From an uncultured Candidatus Saccharibacteria bacterium (GTDB lineage: Bacteria; Patescibacteriota; Minisyncoccia; UBA6257; 2-01-FULL-56-20): a stretch of DNA of 64,000 nt. The position numbers and the translations under genes are program-made. The first letter of the stretch is position 1. The number at the start of each line of letters is the position of its first letter. The stretch is from the NCBI GenBank assembly GCA_964484655.1, contig CAZAFA010000003.1, positions 28,147 through 92,146 of the forward strand. Direction: 5' to 3'. Below are positions 1 through 9,302 of this stretch, one piece after another. Under the pieces are notes generated by a model. It was not told the origin of the DNA. It searched no databases and was given only the letters and a program-made list of their open reading frames with translations.

Positions 1-562
1 CGATTCCAATGGCCAGCATGGAGGCCGCTACTGCGCTCATGATCAGAATTAGTACAGAGCTAGAGGCTACATATTTCCAAGTTATACCTTCGAACTTCCT
101 ATAGAGTTTTTCGAGAATTCCCCAATAGATAAGGAACAACAAAGTTGAAAAGCCTGGGGAAACAAGGCGAGCAAATTTATGCCATTCATCTCCGTATAAG
201 CTGATCGTGTATTTCCATGTGTTGTAAAGAAACCATGCAATAGATGCCAATACGACTGTGCTTATGCCCGATGTGATATCTAGTCCTGTTTTCTTTCTAT
301 AGTGCTCTTCAACTTTCCAAGTAAATTTGAGGAAAGAGAAGCCCAACCACACTGATGTCAAAGATATTATTAATATCCATAAGAATTGGAGATTGGATAA
401 AGCAATTTTTGCTGCTGTATTTTCTGGGATATTTATATTGAGGAAGATTGCCCCAGTAGCAAGTAGAAATCCTGCAAAGGTTAGCCCTTCTTTTTTTTCG
501 TCCCAAAAGAGCTGAAAGGTTCTTGACAGACTAGGTTTAGCGAAATCTCCGTTCTCTGTCAT
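1..562 (-). CDS. Polytopic membrane protein, low GC, partial (runs off left edge; absent from ORF track)
   Basis: Manual translation from ATG at 562 gives MTENGDFAKPSLSRTFQLFWDEKKEGLTFAGFLLATGAIFL...SMLAIGI, 187 codons with no stop and several hydrophobic helices. Hand counts give 16/60 GC at 361-420 and 25/60 at 301-360. Confidence 0.8.
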   Translation of the reverse strand, partial: MTENGDFAKPSLSRTFQLFWDEKKEGLTFAGFLLATGAIFLNINIPENTAAKIALSNLQFLWILIISLTSVWLGFSFLKFTWKVEEHYRKKTGLDITSGISTVVLASIAWFLYNTWKYTISLYGDEWHKFARLVSPGFSTLLFLIYWGILEKLYRKFEGITWKYVASSSVLILIMSAVAASMLAIGI

Positions 563-592
563 AGCTCAATAGACGCTGTGCATTGTTGTTTC

Positions 593-665
593 GGCGGGGG
601 CACCAGGAATTGAACCCGGATTGGCGGTTTTGGAGACCGCTGTCCTACCATTGAACGATACCCCC
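593..665 (-). tRNA. tRNA-Trp(CCA)
   Basis: GGGGGTATCGTTCAATGGTAGGACAGCGGT-CTCCAAA-ACCGC...GGTTCAATTCC...CCCCCG; anticodon CCA. Confidence 0.95.
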
Positions 666-681
666 AGGACCAGCTCCTATT

Positions 682-864
682 TTACTTCTTGGAGCTGATC
701 TTCACCTCCTTGTGGACGGTGTGCGAGCGATCCCACGGGCAGAACTTCGTGAGCTCGATCTTCCGCGTGACCTTCTTCTTGTTGCGGTGCGTGTAGTAGT
801 TACGACGCTTGCACTCGACGCAACGGAGGCCGATGAGATTGTCTGCGTATTTGACCTTGGCCAT
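682..864 (-). CDS. rpmG: 50S ribosomal protein bL33 (Zn type)
   Basis: LRCVECKRRNYYT...KIELTKFCPWDRSHTVHKE; sits before tRNA-Trp as usual. Confidence 0.95.
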   Translation of the reverse strand: MAKVKYADNLIGLRCVECKRRNYYTHRNKKKVTRKIELTKFCPWDRSHTVHKEVKISSKK

Positions 865-890
865 GTGAGTGATAATTGATTCTTCCGACC

Positions 891-965
891 GGAGCCGATG
901 ACAGGACTCGAACCTGCGACCCTTTCCTTACCATGGAAATGCTCTACCAGCTGAGCTACATCGGC
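891..965 (-). tRNA. tRNA-Thr(GGT)
   Basis: GCCGATGTAGCTCAGCTGGTAGAGCA-TTTCC-ATGGTAA-GGAAA-...GGTTCGAGTCC. Confidence 0.93.
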
Positions 966-1021
966 GAGTATCCAGGCCGGGCCATTGTGCCTCATCGCCC
1001 CTTGACGAGCAAGGCCTGATG

Positions 1022-1095
1022 AGCCGGAGGTGGGATTCGAACCCACGGCCTGCTGTTTACAAAACAGCCGCTCTGACCGCTAAAGCTACTCCGGC
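1022..1095 (-). tRNA. tRNA-Thr(TGT)
   Basis: GCCGGAGTAGC...GCTGT-TTTGTAA-ACAGC...GGTTCGAATCCCACCTCCGGC. Confidence 0.93.
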
Positions 1096-1233
1096 TCGCT
1101 CCGGACGCACCTCACGCGCAACGGAGACGCGAGGAGGGTACCACGGCCGCTCCCGTCCGGGGAGGCCACGGGGCCACGGATGTGTATAGCAGTCGAGTTC
1201 CGGGAGGCGGCTGCGTCCCCTACACTAGGCTGC

Positions 1234-4200
1234 ATGAGGAGCCGGTTCGTCCATCTGCATACCCACTCCCACTATTCGCTGCTGGACGGACTCGGCAAGA
1301 TCCCTGACCTGATCGCTCGGGCGAAGGAACTCGGCATGGATGCCCTGGCGCTCACCGACCACGGCAACCTGTACGGGAGCATCGAGTTCTACGAGCAAGC
1401 CAAGAAGGCGGGCATCAGGCCGATCCTCGGCATGGAGGCGTACATGGCGCCGCGCAGCCGCTTCGACAAGTCCCCCGGCGAGAAGTACTACCACCTCGTC
1501 CTGCTCGTCGAGAACGAGACCGGCTGGCAGAATCTCGTGAAGCTCGCCTCGCGCGCGAACCTCGAAGGCTACTACTACAAGCCGCGCATAGACCGCGAGC
1601 TCCTGCGGGAGCACCACGAGGGCCTCATCGCGCTCTCGGCGTGCATCGGCGGCGAGGTGAACACGGCTCTCCTGCAAGGGCGCCTCGACGACGCCGAGTC
1701 GCTCGCGTACGAGTACCAGGAGATTTTCGGCGCGGGGAACTTCTTCCTCGAGATCCAGGACCACCCGAATCTGCCGGAAGCGATCACCGTGCGGGAGCGC
1801 GCGATCGCGCTCTCGCAGAAGACGGGCATCCCGCTCGTCGCGACCGCCGACCTCCACTACGTGAAGAGCACCGACGCGCCGTATCACGACGTGCTGCTCG
1901 CGGTGCAGACCGGGAGCCAGGTCGGCGACGCCAACCGCATGAGCATGGCGAGCGACGACTTCTCGATGGCTTCCCCCGACGCGATGGCCAATGCCTTCGC
2001 CGACGTGCCCGACGCGATCTCGAACACCGTGGCCATAGCCGAGCGCTGCGACCTGCAGCTCGAGCTCGGCACACCGCTCCTGCCGCGATTCCGCACCCCG
2101 GACGGGCAGAGCGCGAACGAGCACCTCGCCTCGCTGCTGACCGAACGCCTTCCCTCCCGCTATCCGGATCATGACTCCGACGCGCGCGTCCAGGAGCGCC
2201 TGGCGTACGAGCTCGGCGTCATCGAGCGCACGGGCTTCGCGGACTACTTCCTCATCGTCGCGGACCTCGTGAACTGGGCCAAGGAGCACGGCATCTCCGT
2301 CGGCCCCGGCCGCGGGTCCGCCGCCGGCTCGCTGGTCTCGTACGTCCTCGGCATCACGAACGTCGACCCCCTCCGCTGGGACCTCCTCTTCGAGCGCTTC
2401 CTCAACCCGGAGCGCATCGAGATGCCGGATATCGACCTCGACTTCGCCGACACGCGCCGCGACGAGGTCCTCGACTACGCCCGCCGCACGTACGGCGACG
2501 ACCACGTCGCGCAGATCATCACCTTCGGGACCATGGCCGCGCGCGCGGCCGTCCGTGACGCTGGTCGCGCCATGGGCATCCCGCTCCCGCTCTGCGACCA
2601 GATCGCCAAACTCATCCCGGGCGGGCCGAAGGGCCTCGACGTGAAGACGGCGCGGCGCACCATCCCTGATCTCCAGGCCCTCGAGAAGGAGGAGCCTGAC
2701 GCGACGCGCCTCCTGGACGTCGCCGAGCACCTCGAGGGCGTCGTGCGCCACGCGTCCGTCCACGCGTGCGGCACCGTGATCTCGGACCGCCCGCTCACCG
2801 ACGTCGTCCCGGTGCAGCTCGCGCCGCAGAACAAGGACGTGGTCATCACGCAGCTGGACATGCGGAACGTCGAGCGGCTCGGCCTCCTGAAGATCGACCT
2901 CCTCGGCCTCACCGGCCTGACCACGATCGAGGAGACCAAGAAGCTCATCCGCGAGCTCCGCGGCGAGGAGCTCGACCTCGACGGCATCCCGCTCGACGAC
3001 GAGGCGACGTTCGAGCTCTTCCGCAAGGCGGACATGACCGGCGTCTTCCAGTTCGAGTCCGGGGGCATGCGCAAGGTCATGCGCGAGCTGCAGCCGACGG
3101 TCTTCGAGGACCTCGTCGCCGTGGTGGCGCTCTTCCGCCCCGGCCCGATGGACCTGATCCCGAGCTTCATCGCGCGCAAGAAGGGCGAGGAGCCGGTGAC
3201 GTACCTCCACCCCCGCCTCCAGCCGATCCTCGAGAACACGTACGGCATCGGCGTCTATCAGGAGCAGATGATGCGCATCGCCACGGACCTCGCGGGCTAC
3301 ACGCTCCCGGAGGCGGACAAGCTCCGCAAGGCGATCGGCAAGAAGATCAAGTCCCTCCTCGACGAGCAGGAACAGAAGCTCGTGAAGGGCATGGTCGCAA
3401 ACGGCATCGACCAGCGCACGGCGCAGGCGATCTGGGAGATGTTCCCGCCCTTCGCGCGGTACGGCTTCAACAAGAGCCACGCGGTCTGCTACGCGCTCAT
3501 CGGGTACCAGACCGCGTACCTCCGCGCGCACTACCCGATCGAGTTCGCGACGGCGCAGTTCAACGCGGACCGGCACGACACGGAGCGCATCGCCATGCTC
3601 GCGCACGAGGCGGCGCTCTCCGGCATCCAGCTCCTCCCGCCGGACGTCAACGCGAGCGGCGTGGGCTTCCTGCCCGAGGACGGCGACGTGCGCTTCGGGC
3701 TCTCCGCAATCAAGAACGTCGGCGAGGGCATCGCTGAGGCGATCCACCGCGAGCGGCAGCAGAACGGCCCGTACAAGGACCTCGCGCAGTTCGTCGAGCG
3801 CCTGTGCAGCCACAAGGACCTCAACAAGCGCTCCCTCGAAAGCCTCGCCAAGGCCGGCGCGCTGGACTGCTTCGGCTTCGAGCGCGGCGAGCTCGTCGCG
3901 AACCTCGACTACGTCGTCCAGTGCGGTTCCGCGCAAAAGCGACGCATCGAGAGCCACAAGGCCTCTCTCTTCGGCTCCATGCAGCAGGTCGCCCCGCAGG
4001 TGCGCCTCGACAACTGGCTCTCGGCGCCGCCCGTGTCGAGCAAGGAGAAGCTCTCGTGGGAGAAGGAGCTCATCGGCCTCTACGTCTCAGACCATCCCCT
4101 CTCCGAGCACGAGGAGGAGCGCAAGCGCATCGGCGCCATCCCGATCGCAGAAGCGCGCGCACGGATGGCGGACGCTCAGGTGCGCGTCGTGGGCCTCGTC

Positions 4201-4425
4201 TCGCGCGTGCAGAGCATCACGACCAAGTCGGGAGAGCCGATGGCCTTCGCGCTCATCGAGGACCTCTCCCCGGAGCCTATCGAGGTCGTGGTGTTCACCC
4301 GCGTGTACGAGCAGACGCGCGCAGTATGGCAGCAGGACCAGATCATCGCGATCGCCGGGAGGATCCAGAAGCGCGACGACGAGGTGAAACTCATCGCGGA
4401 CAAGGCGAAGGCGCTCGTGATATGA
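1234..4425 (+). CDS. dnaE: DNA polymerase III alpha subunit
   Basis: FVHLHTHSHYSLLDG PHP start, GRGSAAGSLV, MPDIDLDF, YGFNKSHA. Start moved to ATG 1234, 7 nt after TACACT. Ends at the OB fold. Confidence 0.97.
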   Translation: MRSRFVHLHTHSHYSLLDGLGKIPDLIARAKELGMDALALTDHGNLYGSIEFYEQAKKAGIRPILGMEAYMAPRSRFDKSPGEKYYHLVLLVENETGWQNLVKLASRANLEGYYYKPRIDRELLREHHEGLIALSACIGGEVNTALLQGRLDDAESLAYEYQEIFGAGNFFLEIQDHPNLPEAITVRERAIALSQKTGIPLVATADLHYVKSTDAPYHDVLLAVQTGSQVGDANRMSMASDDFSMASPDAMANAFADVPDAISNTVAIAERCDLQLELGTPLLPRFRTPDGQSANEHLASLLTERLPSRYPDHDSDARVQERLAYELGVIERTGFADYFLIVADLVNWAKEHGISVGPGRGSAAGSLVSYVLGITNVDPLRWDLLFERFLNPERIEMPDIDLDFADTRRDEVLDYARRTYGDDHVAQIITFGTMAARAAVRDAGRAMGIPLPLCDQIAKLIPGGPKGLDVKTARRTIPDLQALEKEEPDATRLLDVAEHLEGVVRHASVHACGTVISDRPLTDVVPVQLAPQNKDVVITQLDMRNVERLGLLKIDLLGLTGLTTIEETKKLIRELRGEELDLDGIPLDDEATFELFRKADMTGVFQFESGGMRKVMRELQPTVFEDLVAVVALFRPGPMDLIPSFIARKKGEEPVTYLHPRLQPILENTYGIGVYQEQMMRIATDLAGYTLPEADKLRKAIGKKIKSLLDEQEQKLVKGMVANGIDQRTAQAIWEMFPPFARYGFNKSHAVCYALIGYQTAYLRAHYPIEFATAQFNADRHDTERIAMLAHEAALSGIQLLPPDVNASGVGFLPEDGDVRFGLSAIKNVGEGIAEAIHRERQQNGPYKDLAQFVERLCSHKDLNKRSLESLAKAGALDCFGFERGELVANLDYVVQCGSAQKRRIESHKASLFGSMQQVAPQVRLDNWLSAPPVSSKEKLSWEKELIGLYVSDHPLSEHEEERKRIGAIPIAEARARMADAQVRVVGLVSRVQSITTKSGEPMAFALIEDLSPEPIEVVVFTRVYEQTRAVWQQDQIIAIAGRIQKRDDEVKLIADKAKALVI

Positions 4426-4451
4426 AGAGGCGGACCCGCAGGTCCGCCTCT
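4426..4451. terminator. Hairpin between convergent dnaE and orphan gene
   Basis: AGAGGCGGACC-CGCA-GGTCCGCCTCT perfect 11-bp stem. Confidence 0.75.
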
Positions 4452-4457
4452 CTGTAA

Positions 4458-4883
4458 TCACTTCTCCTTCTTCGCCCGCCTGCCGAGCAGGTCTCTCGCG
4501 AGCTTGCCGCCGAGGATGACGCATCCCGCGAGCAGCACGTACCACGCGGTCGGCGCGACCCACCAGGGCATCGCGAAGCTGTCTGCGACCGCCTGCACGT
4601 CGTTCATCGCGCGCACGAGTATGAACACGAGCGCTGATGTGAACATCAGCCCGGCGAGGACGACGTTGAACGTCAGCCTCTTGAGGCGGTCCGAGCGTTC
4701 CTCGGCGTGGCTCACCCAGATAGCGAGGACCAGGATGCCGACGACGTAGGCGATGAGGATCCGCCAGTCGAGATACATCTGCGCGACGAACGCGTAGAGA
4801 AGACTCAGGACGACGATCCACGAGGCCAGGTACAGGAAGAGCCTGACGGGTTTCGAAGCGGCAGCGCCGCCTTTTTCAGCCAT
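4458..4883 (-). CDS. Hypothetical 4-TM membrane protein
   Basis: Four hydrophobic segments; GGAGG SD upstream; TTGTCA-17-TATAAG promoter-like sequence. Confidence 0.75.
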   Translation of the reverse strand: MAEKGGAAASKPVRLFLYLASWIVVLSLLYAFVAQMYLDWRILIAYVVGILVLAIWVSHAEERSDRLKRLTFNVVLAGLMFTSALVFILVRAMNDVQAVADSFAMPWWVAPTAWYVLLAGCVILGGKLARDLLGRRAKKEK

Positions 4884-4945
4884 AAACGAAATACCTCCCA
4901 GTTATTCGGATATCAGAGAACTCGCTACTTATACGTATCTTTTGC

Positions 4946-6598
4946 TTATTTGACAATATCGGCTCCGAGGAGCGCGCGCACGCGGCTCTCGCCGAGCGAC
5001 AGGAAGAAGGTCGGCAGCCGCGGGCCGGTCTCGCTGTCGGTGAGGAGCAGGCGGTAGAGCGCCTTGAAGAAGTCGCGCTGAGCCGCCTTCACGGCTGGGG
5101 TCGGCTCGTCATCGGGGTCCTGGCCGGCGGCTTCCTTGGGGATGCCGTACAGGAGCGTCGTGAGGCCTTCCAAGGTCCAGGCCTCCCCCATCCGGTCGGC
5201 CAGGGTACGGACCTGCTCCTGCAGGTCAGGCGCGAGCGCCTCCCAGGCTTCCCGGGCGAATCCCTCGCGCACGTGCGTGCGCTCGTCCTCGGGGAGGTAA
5301 CGCGTGACCCAGGCGATCGCGCAGGTCAGGCGCGGCTCGGTCTCGCCCTCGGAGAGCTCCCGGCCCAGCTGGTCGCTCGCGACGCGGAGGATCTGCTCGC
5401 GATTGCCGAGCGTGACGTCCGCTGCGGAGGACAGCGTGCGGAACGGGACGGCGACGGGCGCATGCAGGACCGCGCCGGCGCTGGTCGCGAGACAGCGCTC
5501 ACGGACGAGCCGTTCGGCCTCGCTCGCCTGCCCAGCCGCCACCTTGTCGCCGAAGCTGTCCCACTCGTCGTAGAGGCGGATGACCTCCTTCCCGAAGTCG
5601 ATGTCGAAGTGCTTGCCGTAGTGCCGCCGCACGTAGAGCCAGCGGAGCATCGCGGGCTCCAGGATCTCGAGCGCCTGGCCCGGCGTCGGGCTGCCGCCGG
5701 CCGAGCTCGAGATCTTGGAACGGCCCGCCATGCCGACGAACGCGTACTGGACGAAGTACGGCGCCTCGTAGCCGAAGAGCTTCACGATCTCCTTGCCGAC
5801 GGTGTAGCTGCTGTTAGGCGCGGCATGATCCTCGCCGCCCGGCTCGAAGACGACGCCCTCGTGCGCCCAGCGCATCGGCCAGTCCACCTTCCAGACGAGC
5901 TTCCCTTGGATCTTCTCGTCCAGCGAGTAGCTCTCGCGATGGCCGCAGGCGCAGCGGTACGCGATCGTCGCCGTGGCCTCGTCGTAGCTCTCGACGACCG
6001 CGTCGTCCTTGCCGCACGTCGCGCAGTACGGCTTGAACGGGTAGTACGCCGCGCGGCGCTCCGCGAGGGGCCGGTCCTGCGGGTTAGCGGTCTGGTACCT
6101 CGCGAGGATGTCGAATATCTCGCTGCGCTTGGCCATGGCCGTACGGATACCCGCGCGGTAGTCGCCGCGCGGGTACGCTTCGGACTGGCGCACGTAGCGG
6201 ACGTTCTTTCCTGAGACGACGCCGAGCCGAGCCGCGGCCTGCTCGAAGTCGCGGATGTGCCGGTCCGCGTAGGACGGGAACTCTCCTCCCGGATCGGGGA
6301 CGGCGGCGAGGGGCTTGCCGATGTGCTCCGCCCAGCTCTCAGGGACGCCCTTCGGGACCTTGCGGAAGCGGTCGTAGTCGTCCCAGGAGTAGATATGCTC
6401 GACCTTCCTGCCGCGCCGGCGGAGCTCCTCGGCCACGAGATGGACCGTCATCAGCTCCCGGAGGTTGCCGAGATGGATCGCGCCGGACGGGCTGATGCCC
6501 GAGGCGCAGACGATCGTCTCCGGCATCTCGGGCTTCGTCGCCGCGAACGCCTCGACGGCGTCCGCGGTCTGCTCTATCCAGAAGCGCTCCTCGGCCAT
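4946..6598 (-). CDS. lysS: Lysine--tRNA ligase, class I
   Basis: ASGISPSGAIHLGNLRE (HIGH-like), DDYDRFRKVP, GKLVWKVDWPMRW, KISSS (KMSKS-like), GPRLPTF. Confidence 0.93.
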   Translation of the reverse strand: MAEERFWIEQTADAVEAFAATKPEMPETIVCASGISPSGAIHLGNLRELMTVHLVAEELRRRGRKVEHIYSWDDYDRFRKVPKGVPESWAEHIGKPLAAVPDPGGEFPSYADRHIRDFEQAAARLGVVSGKNVRYVRQSEAYPRGDYRAGIRTAMAKRSEIFDILARYQTANPQDRPLAERRAAYYPFKPYCATCGKDDAVVESYDEATATIAYRCACGHRESYSLDEKIQGKLVWKVDWPMRWAHEGVVFEPGGEDHAAPNSSYTVGKEIVKLFGYEAPYFVQYAFVGMAGRSKISSSAGGSPTPGQALEILEPAMLRWLYVRRHYGKHFDIDFGKEVIRLYDEWDSFGDKVAAGQASEAERLVRERCLATSAGAVLHAPVAVPFRTLSSAADVTLGNREQILRVASDQLGRELSEGETEPRLTCAIAWVTRYLPEDERTHVREGFAREAWEALAPDLQEQVRTLADRMGEAWTLEGLTTLLYGIPKEAAGQDPDDEPTPAVKAAQRDFFKALYRLLLTDSETGPRLPTFFLSLGESRVRALLGADIVK

Positions 6599-6667
6599 GC
6601 AGGCATTGTATCGGAAGGAGGCCGAGATGCTACGCTGGGGGCAGATACTTCAGAAGGAGGTCAACCT

Positions 6668-7060
6668 ATGGCACGTAACGAGAGAGCGATGCTGGCCACC
6701 CGCATCAGGGGCATCGAGCTGCACGTAGCGCGCGAGCTAGCGAAGTTCCGCGAAAAGCTGGACTTCAGCGAGCGCTTCCATTGGATCATGCAGGATCGCG
6801 CGAACCTGCTCGATTCCCGGAGCGTCGTCATCGCGCTCAAGATCAGCGTCGCGCGCGACCTGCTCAGACAGACCGTGCGGAACATCCAGATCATGCTTGG
6901 ATACGCCCGGAAGGCTGAGGACCTCGGCAACAAGCTGCAGATCCTCGCGTCCCAGAAGCGGGCCTACAGCATGGCGCAATGCCTGCAGCAGGCGCTCCTC
7001 GAATCAGTCGCGGAGCTCATGTCCGACGAGCGATACCAGGACATCCTGTACGGAGAATAG
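6668..7060 (+). CDS. Orphan helical protein (130 aa)
   Basis: AAGGAGG 7 nt before ATG 6668 (MARNERAMLATR...); followed by a hairpin. Confidence 0.7.
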   Translation: MARNERAMLATRIRGIELHVARELAKFREKLDFSERFHWIMQDRANLLDSRSVVIALKISVARDLLRQTVRNIQIMLGYARKAEDLGNKLQILASQKRAYSMAQCLQQALLESVAELMSDERYQDILYGE

Positions 7061-7062
7061 AA

Positions 7063-7086
7063 AAAGGCGGCCGGTCGGCCGCCTTT
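7063..7086. terminator. Bidirectional hairpin between orphan and greA
   Basis: AAAGGCGGCCG-GT-CGGCCGCCTTT. Confidence 0.75.
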
Positions 7087-7100
7087 CCCGCGCCTGCGGC

Positions 7101-7562
7101 TCAGGCTACCGAGACGATCGTGTAGTGCACGACGCCCGCGGGCGTGGTCACGGTCACCTTGTCGCCGGCCTTCGCGCCGAGGAAGGCGCGGCCGAGCGGC
7201 GACTCGTTGCTTACCTTGCCGGCAGCGGGATCCGCCTCCTCCGAGCCGACGATCTCGTACTCGGTCGCCTTCGCGCTCGCGCCGCGCTTGGCGGTGACGA
7301 TCGAGCCGATGACGGCGACGTCGCTCTTGGCGTGCTTGATGATCTCCGCGTGCTTGATCATCTCCTCGAGCTCGACGATGCGCATCTCGACGCGCTCCTG
7401 CTCGTTGCGCGCCTCGTCGTAGGCCGTGTTCTCGGAGAGGTCGCCGAGCTCCTTCGCCTCGCGGAGACGGTCCGCGACCTCGTGCCGCTTCTCGGTGCGG
7501 AACAGCTCGAGCTCCTGCTTGAGCTCGTCGAGACGCTTCTGGGTGACGTAGTACTTGTCCAT
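7101..7562 (-). CDS. greA: Transcription elongation factor GreA
   Basis: GDLSENTAYDEAR, IVGSEEADP, SNESPLGRA. Confidence 0.96.
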   Translation of the reverse strand: MDKYYVTQKRLDELKQELELFRTEKRHEVADRLREAKELGDLSENTAYDEARNEQERVEMRIVELEEMIKHAEIIKHAKSDVAVIGSIVTAKRGASAKATEYEIVGSEEADPAAGKVSNESPLGRAFLGAKAGDKVTVTTPAGVVHYTIVSVA

Positions 7563-7577
7563 TTCCTGAAAAGCGGC

Positions 7578-8513
7578 CTACCGCTTCGGGTAGGCGCCGA
7601 TGATCGAATTATACCGGATTCTAAGGTTCTCCCCCAGGGTCTGCAAGTATGCCCGGGCCCCCACGGTCGAGCCCGGCCGGTCGTGCCAGACGACCGGAAT
7701 CTCCTTGATTTTCAGGCCCAGGCGCCGGGCCAGCACGAGTGCCTCGATGTCGAATCCCCAGCGCCGGGTCCGCAGGTGCGGGAATACCGCCTCTGCCGCA
7801 TGGGCCGTGAACGCCTTGAAGCCGCACTGGGTGTCGTGGATGCCGGGCAGGTTGGTGGCCTGGATGAAGAGGTTGCCGAGGCGCCCGAGGAGCCTCCGCG
7901 GGAGCGGCTGCGGCGGGCGCATGACCGACCCCGGCAGCGCGCGCGAGGCGAAGGCGATATCCGCCCCCTCCTGCAGGGCTGCTGCGAGCTTCCCGAATTC
8001 CTCGAAAGGGGTCGCGCCGTCCGCGTCGGCGAACAGGCGGATCGCGCCGCGCGCCTCCTGCATGCCGCGCGCGACCGCGCTCCCCTTGCCCGCGTTCGGC
8101 TCCTGGCGGACCAGGCGCAGCTGCGGGAAATCCCGCATCATGCGCTCCACGATCTCCGCGGTCCGGTCGGTCGAGCCGTCGTCGACCACCAGCACCTCGA
8201 AGGGCTCGCTGCGCGTGAGGAAGTACGCGTGCGCGGCGACCAGGACCGGCGCGATGCGCTCCGCCTCGTTGTAGGCCGGGATGATGACCGACACCTCGGG
8301 CTGCATGCCGAGGAAGACGCTGTCCCCGGGAGGGGCCGGTCGCTCCTCGGCTACCGTGACCGGCACGGCCGCCTTCTTGCGCGTCGCGCGCTTCTTCGGC
8401 GCAGCCGCCGCTTCTGATGTCGCCGCCTTCGCGGGGCGCTTCCGCGGCGGCTTCGGCTTCTCGATAGCCGGGTCGGCGATCTGCTCGTCGAGGACTTTCT
8501 TCCGTCCGGGCAT
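7578..8513 (-). CDS. GT2 glycosyltransferase (dolichyl-phosphate beta-glucosyltransferase-like) with basic N-terminal extension
   Basis: SVIIPAYNE, VVDDGSTD, GKGSAV, FADAD, DTQCGFK, WGFDIE. Confidence 0.88.
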   Translation of the reverse strand: MPGRKKVLDEQIADPAIEKPKPPRKRPAKAATSEAAAAPKKRATRKKAAVPVTVAEERPAPPGDSVFLGMQPEVSVIIPAYNEAERIAPVLVAAHAYFLTRSEPFEVLVVDDGSTDRTAEIVERMMRDFPQLRLVRQEPNAGKGSAVARGMQEARGAIRLFADADGATPFEEFGKLAAALQEGADIAFASRALPGSVMRPPQPLPRRLLGRLGNLFIQATNLPGIHDTQCGFKAFTAHAAEAVFPHLRTRRWGFDIEALVLARRLGLKIKEIPVVWHDRPGSTVGARAYLQTLGENLRIRYNSIIGAYPKR

Positions 8514-8531
8514 AGGGCCAGAGTATACCAG

Positions 8532-9302
8532 CTAGAGCGGGCAGTCCGTGACGGTCAGCACGACCGGCCCGTCCTCGGTGATCGCGACCGTGTGCTCGCT
8601 GTGCGCCGCGATGCTGCCGTCGAACGTCGCGAAGCTGTCATCGGGCATCTGGCGCACGATGCGGCTCCCGAGCGAGAACATCGGCTCGATGGCGATGACG
8701 AGCCCCGGCGTCAGGCGCATGCCCGCGCCCGGCTTCCCCGCGTTGGCCACGTACGGCGCCTCGTGCAGCTCGCGGCCGATGCCGTGGCCGCCGAGGCCCT
8801 CGACGACGCTCACCTTGCGCTTGCGCGCGACCTGGCTGACGGCGTGGCTGATGTCGCCGAGATGCCGTCCCGGCTGCGCCGCGGCGATGCCTGCGGCGAG
8901 GGCCTCCTCGGTCGCAAGGACGAGGTCGCGCACCTGCTCCGGAACCTCGCCGACGAGGAAGGTGCGCGCCGAATCCGAATGCCAGCCCTTGTGGACGAGT
9001 CCTAGGTCGACGGTCAGGACGTCCCCTTCCTTGAGGACGTACGCGCCCGGGAGGCCGTGCACCACCGTCTCGTTGACCGAGGCGCAGATCGTCGCGGGGA
9101 AGGGCCGCTCAGCCCCCGCAGGCGCGTATCCGAGGAAGGACGGCTCGTCGCCGCCCGCCTGGATGAGCTCGCGCGCGAGCGCGTCGAGCTCGCGCGTCGA
9201 GACGCCTGGCGCCACGCGCGCGGCGACCTGGTCGAGCACGCGCGCGAGGCGCCTCCCCGCCTCGGCCATGAGCGCGATCTCCTCGCGCGTCTTCGTCCGC
9301 AT
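8532..9302 (-). CDS. map: Methionine aminopeptidase type I
   Basis: CASVNETVVHGLP, DSARTF, GHGIGRELHEAP, AIEPM, AHSEHT; ATG overlaps adk stop. Confidence 0.96.
   Translation of the reverse strand: MRTKTREEIALMAEAGRRLARVLDQVAARVAPGVSTRELDALARELIQAGGDEPSFLGYAPAGAERPFPATICASVNETVVHGLPGAYVLKEGDVLTVDLGLVHKGWHSDSARTFLVGEVPEQVRDLVLATEEALAAGIAAAQPGRHLGDISHAVSQVARKRKVSVVEGLGGHGIGRELHEAPYVANAGKPGAGMRLTPGLVIAIEPMFSLGSRIVRQMPDDSFATFDGSIAAHSEHTVAITEDGPVVLTVTDCPL

Noticed and set aside
309-515. Two short ORFs in the track (309-506 minus, 327-515 plus)
   Set aside because: They lie inside the longer uninterrupted membrane-protein frame 562 to <1.
1225-3957. 910-aa antisense ORF opposite dnaE, and similar long antisense or alternate-frame ORFs over fusA, valS, secY and recG
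   Set aside because: Shadow ORFs expected from high GC3 codon bias; no motifs, and they fully overlap well-supported genes.
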